Virus record (IMG/VR): IMGVR_UViG_3300025723_000083
Location: 1-39,613 of that record
Length of the DNA stretch: 39,613 nt
Reading direction: 5' to 3' (one strand)
Origin: a virus
Taxonomy: Duplodnaviria; Caudoviricetes
In this document: positions 18,001 through 25,615 of the stretch, in pieces
Numbering within the stretch: the stretch's first letter is position 1
Layout of the letters: each line of letters opens with the position of its first letter
The notes under the pieces: model-generated
Database searches by the model: none
What the model was told of the DNA's origin: nothing
The model's input: only the letters and a program-made list of their open reading frames with translations
Made by a program: the position numbers and the translations under genes

Positions 18001-20947
18001 TAACGGGCTGAAACAGCTTCAAGGCCAATACCAGAACAAGTACACGGAATCTCTGAAAAACCCCTCCCCTACGGCAGAAGATCTTGTAAATAGGAGAACG
18101 GCAAAATCACGCAATGAAGAGCTTACTGATCTGAACAAAATCATGGGAAGTGCGGCAGGTAAAGCCACCCAAGAGGGAGCCAATGTGGATTCTGTCAACA
18201 AGGCACCACAGGATTGGGTGGACGAGTATTTGAAATCTACTCTGGGTGGAAAACTAAATGAACTCGGAGCAGGAAAGCTCAATATCCGTCAACTTGTTGA
18301 TGGGATAAAAGCCATCAAACAATCGGCTGCGGAGATGACGATTGATGGTGCCACCAAGCTTCTTAGTAAATTTGGAATTGTTGAACCCGAGCGCTTGGCA
18401 CAACTGAAAACAATTTTGGGAGATACCGACACTACCCGAGCAGATCTTAAATCTGTTTTGGCGGAGATGATCGGAGGAAACAACCCAGAAAAAGTCGAGG
18501 CGGCAACTCAGCAGCTGACTGCTTTGTACAATACGGCTTCGCAAAAACTCGCTAGGGTGCAACTTCCCAAGGAGGTATTTGCCTCTTATGCAGGCAACGG
18601 AACAAAAGGTTCGGCTTCTGTAAGTGATAAGCTAGGCAAATACATTGGACTTGGGAGATTCAATGAAGATCAGATTCACAAGACCCTGTTGGAAACAATC
18701 GGAATCACGGGATACGATGCGGATTTTGTGAAAGCGATCCGAGACGAAGCCGCCCGGATTCAAACTCTGCCCAAAAATTCTGCACCCTACAATGATGCCT
18801 TGGCGGATTTCCAAGGTGCACTGGGTAACGAAATTTTAAGTCAACAGTGGAAAGGATCGGGCGTACTTGGAAAAGTTAAAATTGGTCTTGTTAAGATTTT
18901 ACCCGATTTGTTCCGCAGTGCTATTCTTACTGGACCTCAAACACTTCTTACCCACGGGTTTTCGGGAGGTCTTAATGTGCGACTCGAAGCGGGATTTGAA
19001 GCACTGGGTAGATACCAAGCGGCTTTGAATGAAGGTAGATCAGCGTCCGAAGCGGCTGGATACTTTAAAGACTACTTTGAATCTATGTTTGGCGGGGACA
19101 AAGGAGCTAGAGGTCGTCCTCTCGGAGGAGAGTTTTGGAGAGCCTTACGCACGGGTAAAGCCGCCGTAGGAACGAGCAAAGGAATCGGTCTTCGAGGTAG
19201 TGATGCCCTTGGGAGCAGCAATTTTGGTGGATCTGGAATCGGAGGCAAAGTTTTCCGATTTTACTCAAAGGCTATGGGAGTTCTTCCACGAACTCTTCTT
19301 GCATTCGACACTGTGAATGCGGGATCTGGAGAAGAACTTAACCAGAGATGGGCAACTCGGGCAGCTCTTTTAAATGCAGGTAGCAACGCCGAAGAAGTGG
19401 CTACCGAAATGAAACGCATTTTTGCTCCATCCACGGAGCAGTTGCAACCTGCCTACGACAAGTTGGCAGAAGAAGTCAGCAAAGGGTATTTCAACGGAGT
19501 GACTGGTTTTCAGAAAAAAGCTTTGTTGGCAGAACGATTGGAACAACTTCACAAATCAACACGTCCTTTGGAAGCCCTCAAACAAGCTGAGGCTGGAACA
19601 AAAGCCACAGAAGACTGGACAATGAAAGGAGAGCAGCATGGTCTTTGGGGTGCCCTTACAGGTGCAATTGGAAGTGCAAACAGAAAGACGGGCGTAACGG
19701 GTTTTGTGTTTCCGTTCACCCGTATTATCAGTGCTTTGATGAATACCTCGTTGAGCTATACTCCGCTGGGATTGTTGCGGGCGAACAATGCTTCCCTCTC
19801 CAACCTTTTCCTCCCAGAAAACTCAAAGTACGCATGGCCTAAGATGGTCAAGGGATCGCCAGAACAACTTGCTCTTACAAGTAAATCTATCCTTGGTTCT
19901 TCAATTGGCTTGGCCATCACGACAATGTTCCTAAAAGAACTTTCGGATGAAGAACAGACGGGAAAAAAGCCAGCGTTTATGTTCTATGGTGCCGGTCCGA
20001 AAGACCCCGCAAAACGAGGTGAATGGATGGCTGCGGGCGGGAGACCCAACACATTTGCGGTGGGTGATACTTATCTGCCGTATAAAGCTATACCCGGCAT
20101 TAACCTTTTGGGAACAATGCTTGGGACACTTCACGACTATGTGACTTACGAAAATCCGCTCCCCAAAATGAAGGGCGGGCAGATGCCTACCGCAGAGGAG
20201 ATCGCTAAACACAATAATTGGGTCTCTAGCGACAAGGCGTACCGCATTGCTACGGCGATTGCAATGAGCCCTCTTGAGCAACACTTCTTAAGTGGAGCCA
20301 AGAATTTGATCGACATCATGCACGACCCTCAGGGTGCATCGGCTCCAAGGGCAGTGGTTAACCAATTAGTCGGAACAGCCAGTCAATTCACTAACCCCAC
20401 TGTGTTTCGCACTGTTCGCGCTTTGCTTGGAGGCATTAGGCAACCAGAAGGGAATTCCCCCACTCTCGATACATACAATTCGTTGGACGGAAAAGCCGCT
20501 CAATTCATTCCGTTCTACGCTGGGTTTAATACACCATCACTTAATGTGTTAGGAGACCCGATCCAAAAGAAACCTCTTGATGCCATTACAGATAGGTGGT
20601 TGTTTTCTTCAACTACTGCTCCAGACCCAATTATTTCGCCGTTAGTAAACAATGGGTTGTTTTTACCTGGACCGAAGAAGAATTCTCCAATCATGGTTAA
20701 CAACCAAGGTAAACTTGCTACCTTGAATGATGCGGGCGACGATGCTTGGAGAGCCTACGTGGTGGCCAGAGGTAGTTTCTTAAAACAAGTGCTGTCTCCA
20801 AGCGTGGTACAGCAGCTAATCAACATGGATCGTATCCAAGCGCAATCTTATCTGGACGGCTCTGACATTGGTGGGGCGGCTTCTCACTATGCGAGAGATA
20901 TGGTGGAAGCAATGATCCAAAGCGGTCAAATCAAAGTCAACGGCTAG
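12047..20947 (+). CDS. giant polyvalent internal virion/ejection protein (zincin peptidase, kinase-like domain, LPD-type C-terminus)
   Basis: 2966 aa; N-terminal PWE repeats and Gly/Ala hydrophobic helices; HEIFH at 16121; GEGAES/VYKL/DYNSRN/PFD kinase motifs at 17189-17665; FVFPF…YTPLG and GGRPNTFAVGD in the C-terminal region. Confidence 0.8.
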   Translation: MSDLMPWEQNYSAPQADKPTDTSDLPWNQNYATPEGSADSNNQSETLAPLATPTANDDGAFWAGARSAARAILPGIAGTAAAIPSAALGAFAGPVGAAAAGVGGAVAGSTLAEKIQTGLADQIAPDSFLGSKQAEEDQANHPVASTLGGLLGFGRPSVKSAMGAGEALLTKGGRESLALAAKNSVPFTQASRDFAEAAAKNPAGVEAKAAERFSHVAGAAAGVGVGTAQGIAAGDSPLQAAGMGALGLGFEPWVGPHVFTGAGNGQGSTKKSKLDDLANQKVDSQQTPPAGDTTGTETNVEENADNTDVDKESLDNINDSINKADPATKDLANNLADNSSPQTAAAVIAAGTTSASTPASETTTDKTSVVPEVKAEPAATLQPGITFVPNAEGQVASTTTEPATAATTIASEPATETATPAPKVQVAQDPVAVAEQAGKTPMEFLQEKPVLALAENRPLMRSGLNVDKKENGKTISSLANIRDHAIQTNNPVLLAAVYHEITVRTAKTPNSNNSNFQFGVIRAYEQMTGEKPLLPADSQLKVKTTENGFPRVMKGGPGFDLSAYQRSVEAPVTPATEQTPAPKPAAEKTPEVTLPEEELENTEVPEGAFTDEEQPPTEEITTAKTAVSYTNEAQKLAEKQGINLADVQPNAQGTVTKREVAAHIKANPPEPTPVWHYETPEAKKFFENFDDLQKKSEEAKTPEEKQQFDDQLLSLKSKARQNPELYTRWNLNNPAVRSYDQAGVATGIAKLGGATWKNTNSQETGSMRLREVNLADGSTAFVDLDTLPEAVADSIAYPDQRNLSEISRRTGHTTKTLRTWESQGMPGDTEGAINWIEKHQRDKKIASQSKEGKKSAASLDATLGDSTATIGDTFVGENPTKLSTEKETYSDSIVNRAVAHMARTDIPLSDRLAVGRKLLQEIDNGTNNGFTDDHYKIISSALDKLQNNAFKATEKPAETENNEDKLKRLQEGHDAVRDTIEHLRSKGEDVTLKQVQDLGQQMVDEGILPPGAKKVLEKRNKERELSPEDLLDELDSIHQKSQRELDRTPQEKMSPEDYADYLEKLPEAERDEIPTNENSEGYNLWEARKLISKQKPNQTKFKKVSMDNSMELHNEFTHIANVDGEPYGLTNELEDPDDENAFVWGFRRIGDLNSDMVETPWGKGSEDEVVKMMQEDLQDHLQGESEIENQKTPESVEEPSKEKEEEAPKEDYQKSSDKADELLKEGYDAEQLMDRFHVNGEGRDPLRKFRTGTEHLENEEPPADQVTRGEPIQTMHAGDLLDRIQQDLRERDSKGGIKDRAALSFLRTIADVFAKNRARLEAIPTDIFHELEEGTAGEYDKQTKRISLPQDFDSETALHEIFHALTQGGGFHSAEIKRLFLKIRNEAVKRGLTSEEQWTRAANPDVLDKTADDEFHYAFSSHDEMIAGLLNPDIREALNAIPLRDEVTGKMSNAWEQLKQKFLQLLGFRVQSGSALDHYLTHVMELVKPSTGSGNKNYYSAQSNNTLDTKGGNSVVYANDYVKKDPYFGSRTSIIRGSQEGGQGALEQTPQIQRSAREVADRGSKVRDALLAVLADEKLVGRDLSKRTEAQVRQVSNALSRSLIAPEEELSLGKTTNEKRLAEAIRKFREVVPLVPSEEIDRLTQSEADSGLMLDQVQEMYENGALSDDKYAKVLNELARQNGIKLGNDLDAGAEMLRKHLENHQSSGAKWVLEGEGAESKAYKDDHGVVYKLSPIRQDVLGIDLINKGALNLTDRQPSLFDRDGRIPLFDRLIAANSMPGHSPTEIAGITTDGRIILKQPYLGREESETTNLVQAAIDSGLEILPTQKEDPRFGGDVNTTPIMFTIGGEPWLALDYNSRNARSVEGRSVPFDLVFKKLTAKEIAANKDLKIAADKLQKNTLNSIALRSVKFRKATTAGANDAEREIDPTRPAPFYNSSTNVETTQKMSDYINSVGTDAAYENLVKYAKDPTMARAHGYEENEVRNGLKQLQGQYQNKYTESLKNPSPTAEDLVNRRTAKSRNEELTDLNKIMGSAAGKATQEGANVDSVNKAPQDWVDEYLKSTLGGKLNELGAGKLNIRQLVDGIKAIKQSAAEMTIDGATKLLSKFGIVEPERLAQLKTILGDTDTTRADLKSVLAEMIGGNNPEKVEAATQQLTALYNTASQKLARVQLPKEVFASYAGNGTKGSASVSDKLGKYIGLGRFNEDQIHKTLLETIGITGYDADFVKAIRDEAARIQTLPKNSAPYNDALADFQGALGNEILSQQWKGSGVLGKVKIGLVKILPDLFRSAILTGPQTLLTHGFSGGLNVRLEAGFEALGRYQAALNEGRSASEAAGYFKDYFESMFGGDKGARGRPLGGEFWRALRTGKAAVGTSKGIGLRGSDALGSSNFGGSGIGGKVFRFYSKAMGVLPRTLLAFDTVNAGSGEELNQRWATRAALLNAGSNAEEVATEMKRIFAPSTEQLQPAYDKLAEEVSKGYFNGVTGFQKKALLAERLEQLHKSTRPLEALKQAEAGTKATEDWTMKGEQHGLWGALTGAIGSANRKTGVTGFVFPFTRIISALMNTSLSYTPLGLLRANNASLSNLFLPENSKYAWPKMVKGSPEQLALTSKSILGSSIGLAITTMFLKELSDEEQTGKKPAFMFYGAGPKDPAKRGEWMAAGGRPNTFAVGDTYLPYKAIPGINLLGTMLGTLHDYVTYENPLPKMKGGQMPTAEEIAKHNNWVSSDKAYRIATAIAMSPLEQHFLSGAKNLIDIMHDPQGASAPRAVVNQLVGTASQFTNPTVFRTVRALLGGIRQPEGNSPTLDTYNSLDGKAAQFIPFYAGFNTPSLNVLGDPIQKKPLDAITDRWLFSSTTAPDPIISPLVNNGLFLPGPKKNSPIMVNNQGKLATLNDAGDDAWRAYVVARGSFLKQVLSPSVVQQLINMDRIQAQSYLDGSDIGGAASHYARDMVEAMIQSGQIKVNG
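16566..16595 (+). promoter_or_regulatory. internal sigma70-like promoter inside the giant ORF
   Basis: TTGACA (16566-16571), 18-nt spacer, TAGTAT (16590-16595), within an AT-rich patch. Confidence 0.55.
16602..16832 (+). CDS. overprinted small basic helical protein (76 aa, +1 frame), possibly leaderless
   Basis: ATG 7 nt after the -10 box; ORF open for 76 codons; helical amphipathic sequence. Confidence 0.45.
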   Translation: MIMSKKTLTSDHGPLSYEDRKKADKVRLSRLHKSSEAHEKSLIEAQKSEMRYLQSLPTRSWLEEIFLNALKRKFAK

Positions 20948-21111
20948 AGGTGGGGATACACCGCATTTGTAAACGCCGTTCCAACTCTCGAAACGATGTA
21001 CATACAAAGGGGGATGAACCCAGCCAAAAGGATAAATCCAACGGCGAGCAAAGGTGAAATAAGGAGCGAAAAGCCCATCCACTTTAAGTTTTGTTTGTCT
21101 TCTTTCTTCAT
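20944..21111 (-). CDS. small membrane protein (55 aa)
   Basis: Manual translation MKKEDKQNLKWMGFSLLISPLLAVGFILLAGFIPLCMYIV…; below the ORF-track cutoff. Confidence 0.45.
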   Translation of the reverse strand: MKKEDKQNLKWMGFSLLISPLLAVGFILLAGFIPLCMYIVSRVGTAFTNAVYPHL

Positions 21112-21116
21112 AGGTT

Positions 21117-21323
21117 ATGTTTAAGTTGATTTCTACTGATCTTATACCCCCAGGGGGATGGCGTTGGACTTGCAAGGTTCACAATATCACGCTGGAAGCT
21201 AAGTTTTTTAACGAGTTGCTGTTTAAAGTCAACGGGTACTTAAAAGCAAATGATATCTTCGTACCCGGTGACCATGTGACTTGGTTACTGAAGGAACTGC
21301 GGGAGCAGAACGGCTGGGAGTAG
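21117..21323 (+). CDS. hypothetical phage protein (PPGGW motif)
   Basis: 68-aa ORF with IPPGGWRW and a protein-like composition. Confidence 0.55.
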   Translation: MFKLISTDLIPPGGWRWTCKVHNITLEAKFFNELLFKVNGYLKANDIFVPGDHVTWLLKELREQNGWE

Positions 21324-21327
21324 CCGA

Positions 21328-21603
21328 TTAGTTGTCGATAGTAGAGACCCCGTGCTTCCAGTGGAGCGTCACAGTATCGGGTGAGCCATCGTCATGCTGG
21401 GTGATCGATGTCCCCACGCCATTCTTGGATGATACGGGGCATATACTCCCCGACTTCGTGACTCCATCCTTGGACGTACACTCCCAGTAGAGCCCATCCG
21501 AGTAGGCTGATTTGATCTGATCCGCTGGGAACGGATACACAGGTTCGTCTGCTTTGAGTTGCGTACCAAATAGTAGCAACGCAAGTGCGAGGTATAATTT
21601 CAT
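21328..21603 (-). CDS. exported protein with signal peptide
   Basis: MKLYLALALLLFGTQLKA-DE signal; CCTTAAACAAAATG leader. Confidence 0.6.
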   Translation of the reverse strand: MKLYLALALLLFGTQLKADEPVYPFPADQIKSAYSDGLYWECTSKDGVTKSGSICPVSSKNGVGTSITQHDDGSPDTVTLHWKHGVSTIDN

Positions 21604-21673
21604 TTTGTTTAAGGGTTGGTCTCGGTCTTTCCCGAGTGTCACGCAAACTCCCAGCCGCGTTAGCTGTGATTGT

Positions 21674-21814
21674 TTACTTCTTCTTGGCTGTTTTTGCCGA
21701 GTCTTTAAACGCTTTGGCGGTTGGAGAACCGGGAGACCCCACTTTCCGTGGAGTCCCTCCCCGTTTGTGAAGCGCGTTTATGTTGGCGTAAAGACCTTTT
21801 GGCTTACTTTTCAC
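21674..21814 (-). CDS. small basic phage protein (GLYANI family)
   Basis: KGLYANI…GSPTAKAFKDSAKTAKKK, recognised as a common small phage protein; GTG start inferred. Confidence 0.6.
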   Translation of the reverse strand: MKSKPKGLYANINALHKRGGTPRKVGSPGSPTAKAFKDSAKTAKKK

Positions 21815-22286
21815 TCTCGTCGGTCGCTGGTCCTGTTTCTTCGGCCTCAGGGGTAACGGCAGGTGCGGGAAGAGCTTGTTGGGCGTAAGTACGAATCTGG
21901 AAATACCCTTGAGTGGGTTCTCCCTCGACCTCTTTGGCTTTTTTATACTCAATCCCAAATCCGATTACTCCAAAGTAACCGACCAAGTGATTCAGTTGGC
22001 GGGCAATCGTCTCGGCGGCAATGTAATGAGAGCCGTTATGAGGAACAAGATGCGTCTTCCAAGTAGGTGCTTCCGCACCGACCAAACTTCCCGCTTCGGC
22101 GGCTTCTTGCAAACTATTTTCAACTTGGAGCTGCACCGCTTTATCACGATTGTTTAAATCTTCGTGAGTAAGGGGTTTGGATTCGTACTCCGCATTCTCC
22201 TCGGATGGTGGAGCAAAGTCCACGGGTACAATGTTGGTCGGGGTTTCTACTTCTGGCGTTGGGGTGTCGGTGGTGTCGGTTGACAT
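21804..22286 (-). CDS. acidic hypothetical protein
   Basis: 160-aa ORF with an A/C-rich leader. Confidence 0.65.
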   Translation of the reverse strand: MSTDTTDTPTPEVETPTNIVPVDFAPPSEENAEYESKPLTHEDLNNRDKAVQLQVENSLQEAAEAGSLVGAEAPTWKTHLVPHNGSHYIAAETIARQLNHLVGYFGVIGFGIEYKKAKEVEGEPTQGYFQIRTYAQQALPAPAVTPEAEETGPATDESEK

Positions 22287-22388
22287 GGTGTTGGGTTGGT
22301 GTGTTTGGTTACTGACGAAAATCTGTGTGGTTAAAAGAAATGACGAGAATCAGCAGTCCGACTGCTATGGTAAGGAATAACGAGACAC

Positions 22389-22616
22389 TCATTGTCTGGA
22401 GCGATTGGCCGAACGGCTCATCACACGAAGGTTGGAGCGGCTATTGTCGGAGGTGCGGTGGTTCTTGTGATCCACGTCCTTGCCGTCCCCTTTATGGACA
22501 CGGCCAGCAGCCTCCATTTTCCGACGGGCGGCGTTGCGCTCAGCTCGGCGCTTTAGCTGGGTAGGGGTGCCTTGGTAGTCCCGGTATTCTTTGGCGTAGT
22601 TACGAGCAGTAGCCAT
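22389..22616 (-). CDS. small HNH endonuclease-like protein
   Basis: RNYAKEY…RNAARR…GKDVDHKN…N…NLRV…NR. Confidence 0.75.
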   Translation of the reverse strand: MATARNYAKEYRDYQGTPTQLKRRAERNAARRKMEAAGRVHKGDGKDVDHKNHRTSDNSRSNLRVMSRSANRSRQ

Positions 22617-22620
22617 CTGA

Positions 22621-22872
22621 TTACTTCATTGACTTGTTGCCTTTGCACTTCCACTTGCGGCGGCTCAAGTTGTTGGGTGAGTTGGGGTCTTTCCTCCAAT
22701 CCCCCTTGATGGCGTTTGATCGGGCACAATAAGCATCTCCTTTGGAGGTGCCTGGACGAATGCGATCCCCCCCATCCTTGGCTTTTCCCGCTTGCCCGTA
22801 GTGGATTGTTTTGGTGCGACCCGTAGTCGCATTCTTCACGACTTTGGTGAAACGTTTCTTAATCGTTGTCAT
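22621..22872 (-). CDS. conserved basic phage protein (YGQAG…YCARS…RKWKC)
   Basis: Recognised motif set of a common DUF-type phage family. Confidence 0.65.
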   Translation of the reverse strand: MTTIKKRFTKVVKNATTGRTKTIHYGQAGKAKDGGDRIRPGTSKGDAYCARSNAIKGDWRKDPNSPNNLSRRKWKCKGNKSMK

Positions 22873-23218
22873 CGGATTTTTTTGGTTTGTGGTGTGTGGT
22901 TTTGCAGTTGCAGGTATTGACGCTGCACTTGGAGTTTCTATCTATCTGGGCAAAAGTAATGTCAGGCATCACGACTACCTGTTCGCTATCGCCAACAATG
23001 TGGATGCGTCCTGCTGTCTTGGTTTCATAAACCCCGTGGCGATTTTGATCTTTCAAATCACGGGACAAGAAACCGAGCACTTCGTCCTCGTCGTCCCAAT
23101 CACCAGACTCTCCAGCAAGAAAGGCTCCAACAAACCAACGGATCTCATCCATGTCGCAGCCGTGTTTCTCGAATGCTTCGTCGTTAAGAACCGTCGGAAG
23201 TTTAAGTTTTACAGACAT
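22859..23218 (-). CDS. hypothetical protein
   Basis: ATG at 23218 lies just downstream of a promoter-like sequence; FLAGESGD motif. Confidence 0.55.
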   Translation of the reverse strand: MSVKLKLPTVLNDEAFEKHGCDMDEIRWFVGAFLAGESGDWDDEDEVLGFLSRDLKDQNRHGVYETKTAGRIHIVGDSEQVVVMPDITFAQIDRNSKCSVNTCNCKTTHHKPKKSDDND

Positions 23219-23231
23219 AAGGGATGAGCCC

Positions 23232-23260
23232 CTTGTAGTGGTTGAATATACCATAGTCAA
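23232..23260 (-). promoter_or_regulatory. sigma70-like promoter with a palindromic operator in its spacer
   Basis: TTGACT-17 nt-TACAAG on the minus strand; spacer contains GGTATATTCAACC. Confidence 0.5.
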
Positions 23261-23499
23261 GAAATATCGGGCTCTGTGCGGGTGAAAGATGATAGTAGTG
23301 TTTTTCCACGGGTGGGGTGACGCTTGACTTTTGCAACCAGAAGGCGTTCCACCTCTTCGGCGAACTCGTCTAGAAAACAAGATCCCACTCTGGTAAATCG
23401 TCCGGGGTAATTGCGGTGGGCTACTTGAAGGGCAAACTCCTTTACTTGGGCTCTGTTAATAATGGTGCAGCTCCTGACACGTTTTTTAGTTGGTTCCAT
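23257..23499 (-). CDS. putative histone-fold protein (80 aa)
   Basis: IINRAQVKEFA / TRVGSCFLDEFAEEVERLL / RGKTL pattern matches the a1-L1-a2-L2 layout of prokaryotic histones. Confidence 0.5.
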   Translation of the reverse strand: MEPTKKRVRSCTIINRAQVKEFALQVAHRNYPGRFTRVGSCFLDEFAEEVERLLVAKVKRHPTRGKTLLSSFTRTEPDIS

Positions 23500-23649
23500 G
23501 GGTTGGGGTTGGTGGGTTTGGGTAGTTAAAATTGGGGTGCCGCTTTGTCGATTGGCGACTGGCTGCGGCGTACCAGCATAAGATTCCATCTGAAATAATT
23601 CCTAATCAGATAGAGTTTCACCGGGGCTCTGGACAACTTACCCTATTGG

Positions 23650-23781
23650 CTACTGAGACCCTGCTTTCGTTAGCAGTGCAGCAGTGTAAAATGGGATGGA
23701 CGATTTTTTCTTTTTCTTAACCACTGGTGGGTTAGAGGCCAAGCGTTTTAGAAATTCGGTGCGATTAAAGTCTTTTTTCAT
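23650..23781 (-). CDS. small basic hypothetical protein (43 aa)
   Basis: Manual translation MKKDFNRTEFLKRLASNPPVVKKKKKSSIPFY…; fills an otherwise empty gap. Confidence 0.35.
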   Translation of the reverse strand: MKKDFNRTEFLKRLASNPPVVKKKKKSSIPFYTAALLTKAGSQ

Positions 23782-23798
23782 GGCTTAAGATTAAAGGT

Positions 23799-23841
23799 AA
23801 AGGGACGCCCCCTCCCCGATTCCTCGGGGAGAGGTGCCTTT
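23799..23841 (-). terminator. GC-rich hairpin, probable terminator
   Basis: TCCCCGA-TTCC-TCGGGGA core with extended stem, just after the stop at 23848. Confidence 0.5.
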
Positions 23842-23847
23842 GAGTGA

Positions 23848-24114
23848 CTAAGCGGCCTTTTCGGCTCCTGCTAACTCCATCTCCTCGATGAAAGCCAAGG
23901 CTTTTGCCTTTGCCTCCTCGGGATCTATGGCATCGAACATCTCCTCCTCGTGAACGGCCAAGTTCTCCTCGATGAACTCGAAGAGCAACTGACCTGCGTC
24001 AACTGGGGGCTGATGGTGAGAGGCAACCAAGTGCAACCTTGCACTAAGAGCACTAAGAGTTTCGGGGTCTAATAGACCGATCAACTCGCTGATACCAACT
24101 ACTGGAGTTTCCAT
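23848..24114 (-). CDS. acidic hypothetical protein
   Basis: 88-aa ORF preceded by GAAAGGAAC (SD-like). Confidence 0.6.
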   Translation of the reverse strand: METPVVGISELIGLLDPETLSALSARLHLVASHHQPPVDAGQLLFEFIEENLAVHEEEMFDAIDPEEAKAKALAFIEEMELAGAEKAA

Positions 24115-24236
24115 GGACTTAGTTCCTTTCGTTTCGGGGGTTTTACCAAAGCAGACCCCGGCACCGCTATTGCGGTGATCGCTACCACTCTGCCTTTAGT
24201 CAGAGGGGGCGAAGCTTTATTTCAAGGTCTGCAAAT

Positions 24237-24309
24237 ACTATAATGGAATGTCATGGTTGACACAACCATTATTTATAAATTGTCTTTCTATTGTGTGGTG
24301 TAGTTAACC
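24237..24309. promoter_or_regulatory. divergent promoter region with two palindromic operators
   Basis: ATGGTTG-ACA-CAACCAT at 24253-24269 contains TTGACA; minus-strand TTGTGT-17-TATAGT; plus-strand TATAAT at 24239; second site GGTGTAGTTAACC at 24297-24309. Confidence 0.55.
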
Positions 24310-24310
24310 A

Positions 24311-24742
24311 GTGATACATTCGCACGATTTTGTGAGCATACTTGGCGACCAAATAATTGAACTACGGGCTAAGGGAATGAGCTTCAAAGCCATTGCCAAA
24401 GAGATACCATGTTCATTAAGTACGGTTGCCTATTTTCTTAGCGACAACCAAAAAGAAAAAACGGCTAAAAGAAACCGAACTCGCCGCCAACGAATTCTTC
24501 AAGAACTGAAGGAGACTTTTGGTGGCGAATGTGCAGTCTGTGGGTACAAAACCTGCATCACTGCTCTCGAGTTTGATCACTTGGCTCCCAGCACCAAGAC
24601 TGCCGAGGTTTCTGCTCTTCGTAACCATGCGGCCTCTGCAAAAGCCGAGGCTGAAAAATGTATTTTGCTATGTTGCCGTTGTCACCGGGAGCGACACGCT
24701 GGGTTGCTTGATATTGGTGCTTACCTGGAGCCGTCCGAATGA
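24311..24742 (+). CDS. HTH + HNH (Zn-finger) endonuclease
   Basis: N-terminal HTH (LRAKGMSFKAIAKEIPCSLSTV); CAVCGY…LEFDH…CILLCCRCHRERH. Confidence 0.75.
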   Translation: MIHSHDFVSILGDQIIELRAKGMSFKAIAKEIPCSLSTVAYFLSDNQKEKTAKRNRTRRQRILQELKETFGGECAVCGYKTCITALEFDHLAPSTKTAEVSALRNHAASAKAEAEKCILLCCRCHRERHAGLLDIGAYLEPSE

Positions 24743-25131
24743 GCAAGAAAGCCGAGCCAAAATCAGATCGGGTGAAGACCAAGTTCTTACCAATTGATAT
24801 TTACAACGACAAGATCACTCTTGTCTGGCCGCTCACTCCTGCAAAAGCCAAGGCTTGGTGCAAGAAATGGAAGATCGAACTCGATCCCATGGACGAGGGC
24901 GATGATGCCGTCACTTACCGCACCGAGAATGGCTCAGTGCTCATGCTCTCAAGTTGGGACACCGACATCCATCACCTGAGTCTCCTTGCTCACGAGTCCG
25001 TTCACATTGCCTCCGACATCCTCCGCCACAAGGGCGTCAAGGAGGAGGAAGGCACCGAGGAGGCGATGGCTTATCTGGTGGGGTTGATCATACGCAAACT
25101 GCTTAAAGCGTTGACTGGACTGAAGCAATAA
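24739..25131 (+). CDS. HExxH metallopeptidase-like phage protein
   Basis: LLAHESVH…EEAMAYL; ATGA coupling. Confidence 0.65.
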   Translation: MSKKAEPKSDRVKTKFLPIDIYNDKITLVWPLTPAKAKAWCKKWKIELDPMDEGDDAVTYRTENGSVLMLSSWDTDIHHLSLLAHESVHIASDILRHKGVKEEEGTEEAMAYLVGLIIRKLLKALTGLKQ

Positions 25132-25298
25132 TTTGTCTGGGGGACAGTCAAAGATCGATGGTCGTACACGGGGAGAGTGCGACTAGTTATAGTAAACACG
25201 TTTGCAAAAGAATGTGTTACTTCATAAGTGTTTATAAATGCTGTCTTATGTTGATATTTGTTAACGAGTAACGTGTAGGTATTGACGAAAGTACCCTT

Positions 25299-25538
25299 AT
25301 GCTTTTTCTCGCAAGGGTGAATTTCTTAAATAAAAAACAACTGGCTACTTCTTTGGGGAGGTCTCGTACTTATGTATCGGCCATGTGCCGAGCGGGGTTT
25401 ATATTTCAGTACGGCGGATTGACTATCTTGGAGGAAGCTCTGGACTGGCTTAAATTAAATCCGGGGTTCCGTGTGGCGAATGTGTACAACGAGAAAATTA
25501 ACCCCTCAAAAGAAAAACTCCCCGCCAGCATAGACTGA
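25299..25538 (+). CDS. small HTH (excisionase/AlpA-like) DNA-binding protein
   Basis: LNKKQLATSLGRSRTYVSAM…ALDWL; start codon uncertain. Confidence 0.55.
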   Translation: MLFLARVNFLNKKQLATSLGRSRTYVSAMCRAGFIFQYGGLTILEEALDWLKLNPGFRVANVYNEKINPSKEKLPASID

Positions 25539-25546
25539 CGAGGAGT
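25508..25546 (-). terminator. rho-independent terminator
   Basis: Minus strand ACTCCTCGTCAG-loop-CTGGCGGGGAGT followed by TTTTTCTTTT. Confidence 0.7.
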
Positions 25547-25610
25547 GTCTTTTCCCCAAAAGACCCTTCCTTGAGCAAAATGTTCTTTGGGAACAATGGC
25601 TCGGGTTGGA
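25508..25610 (-). ncRNA. candidate ~100-nt structured sRNA
   Basis: Bounded by a TTGATG-17-TAAAAT promoter and the terminator; two internal hairpins; no plausible ORF. Confidence 0.45.
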
Positions 25611-25615
25611 CGGGT

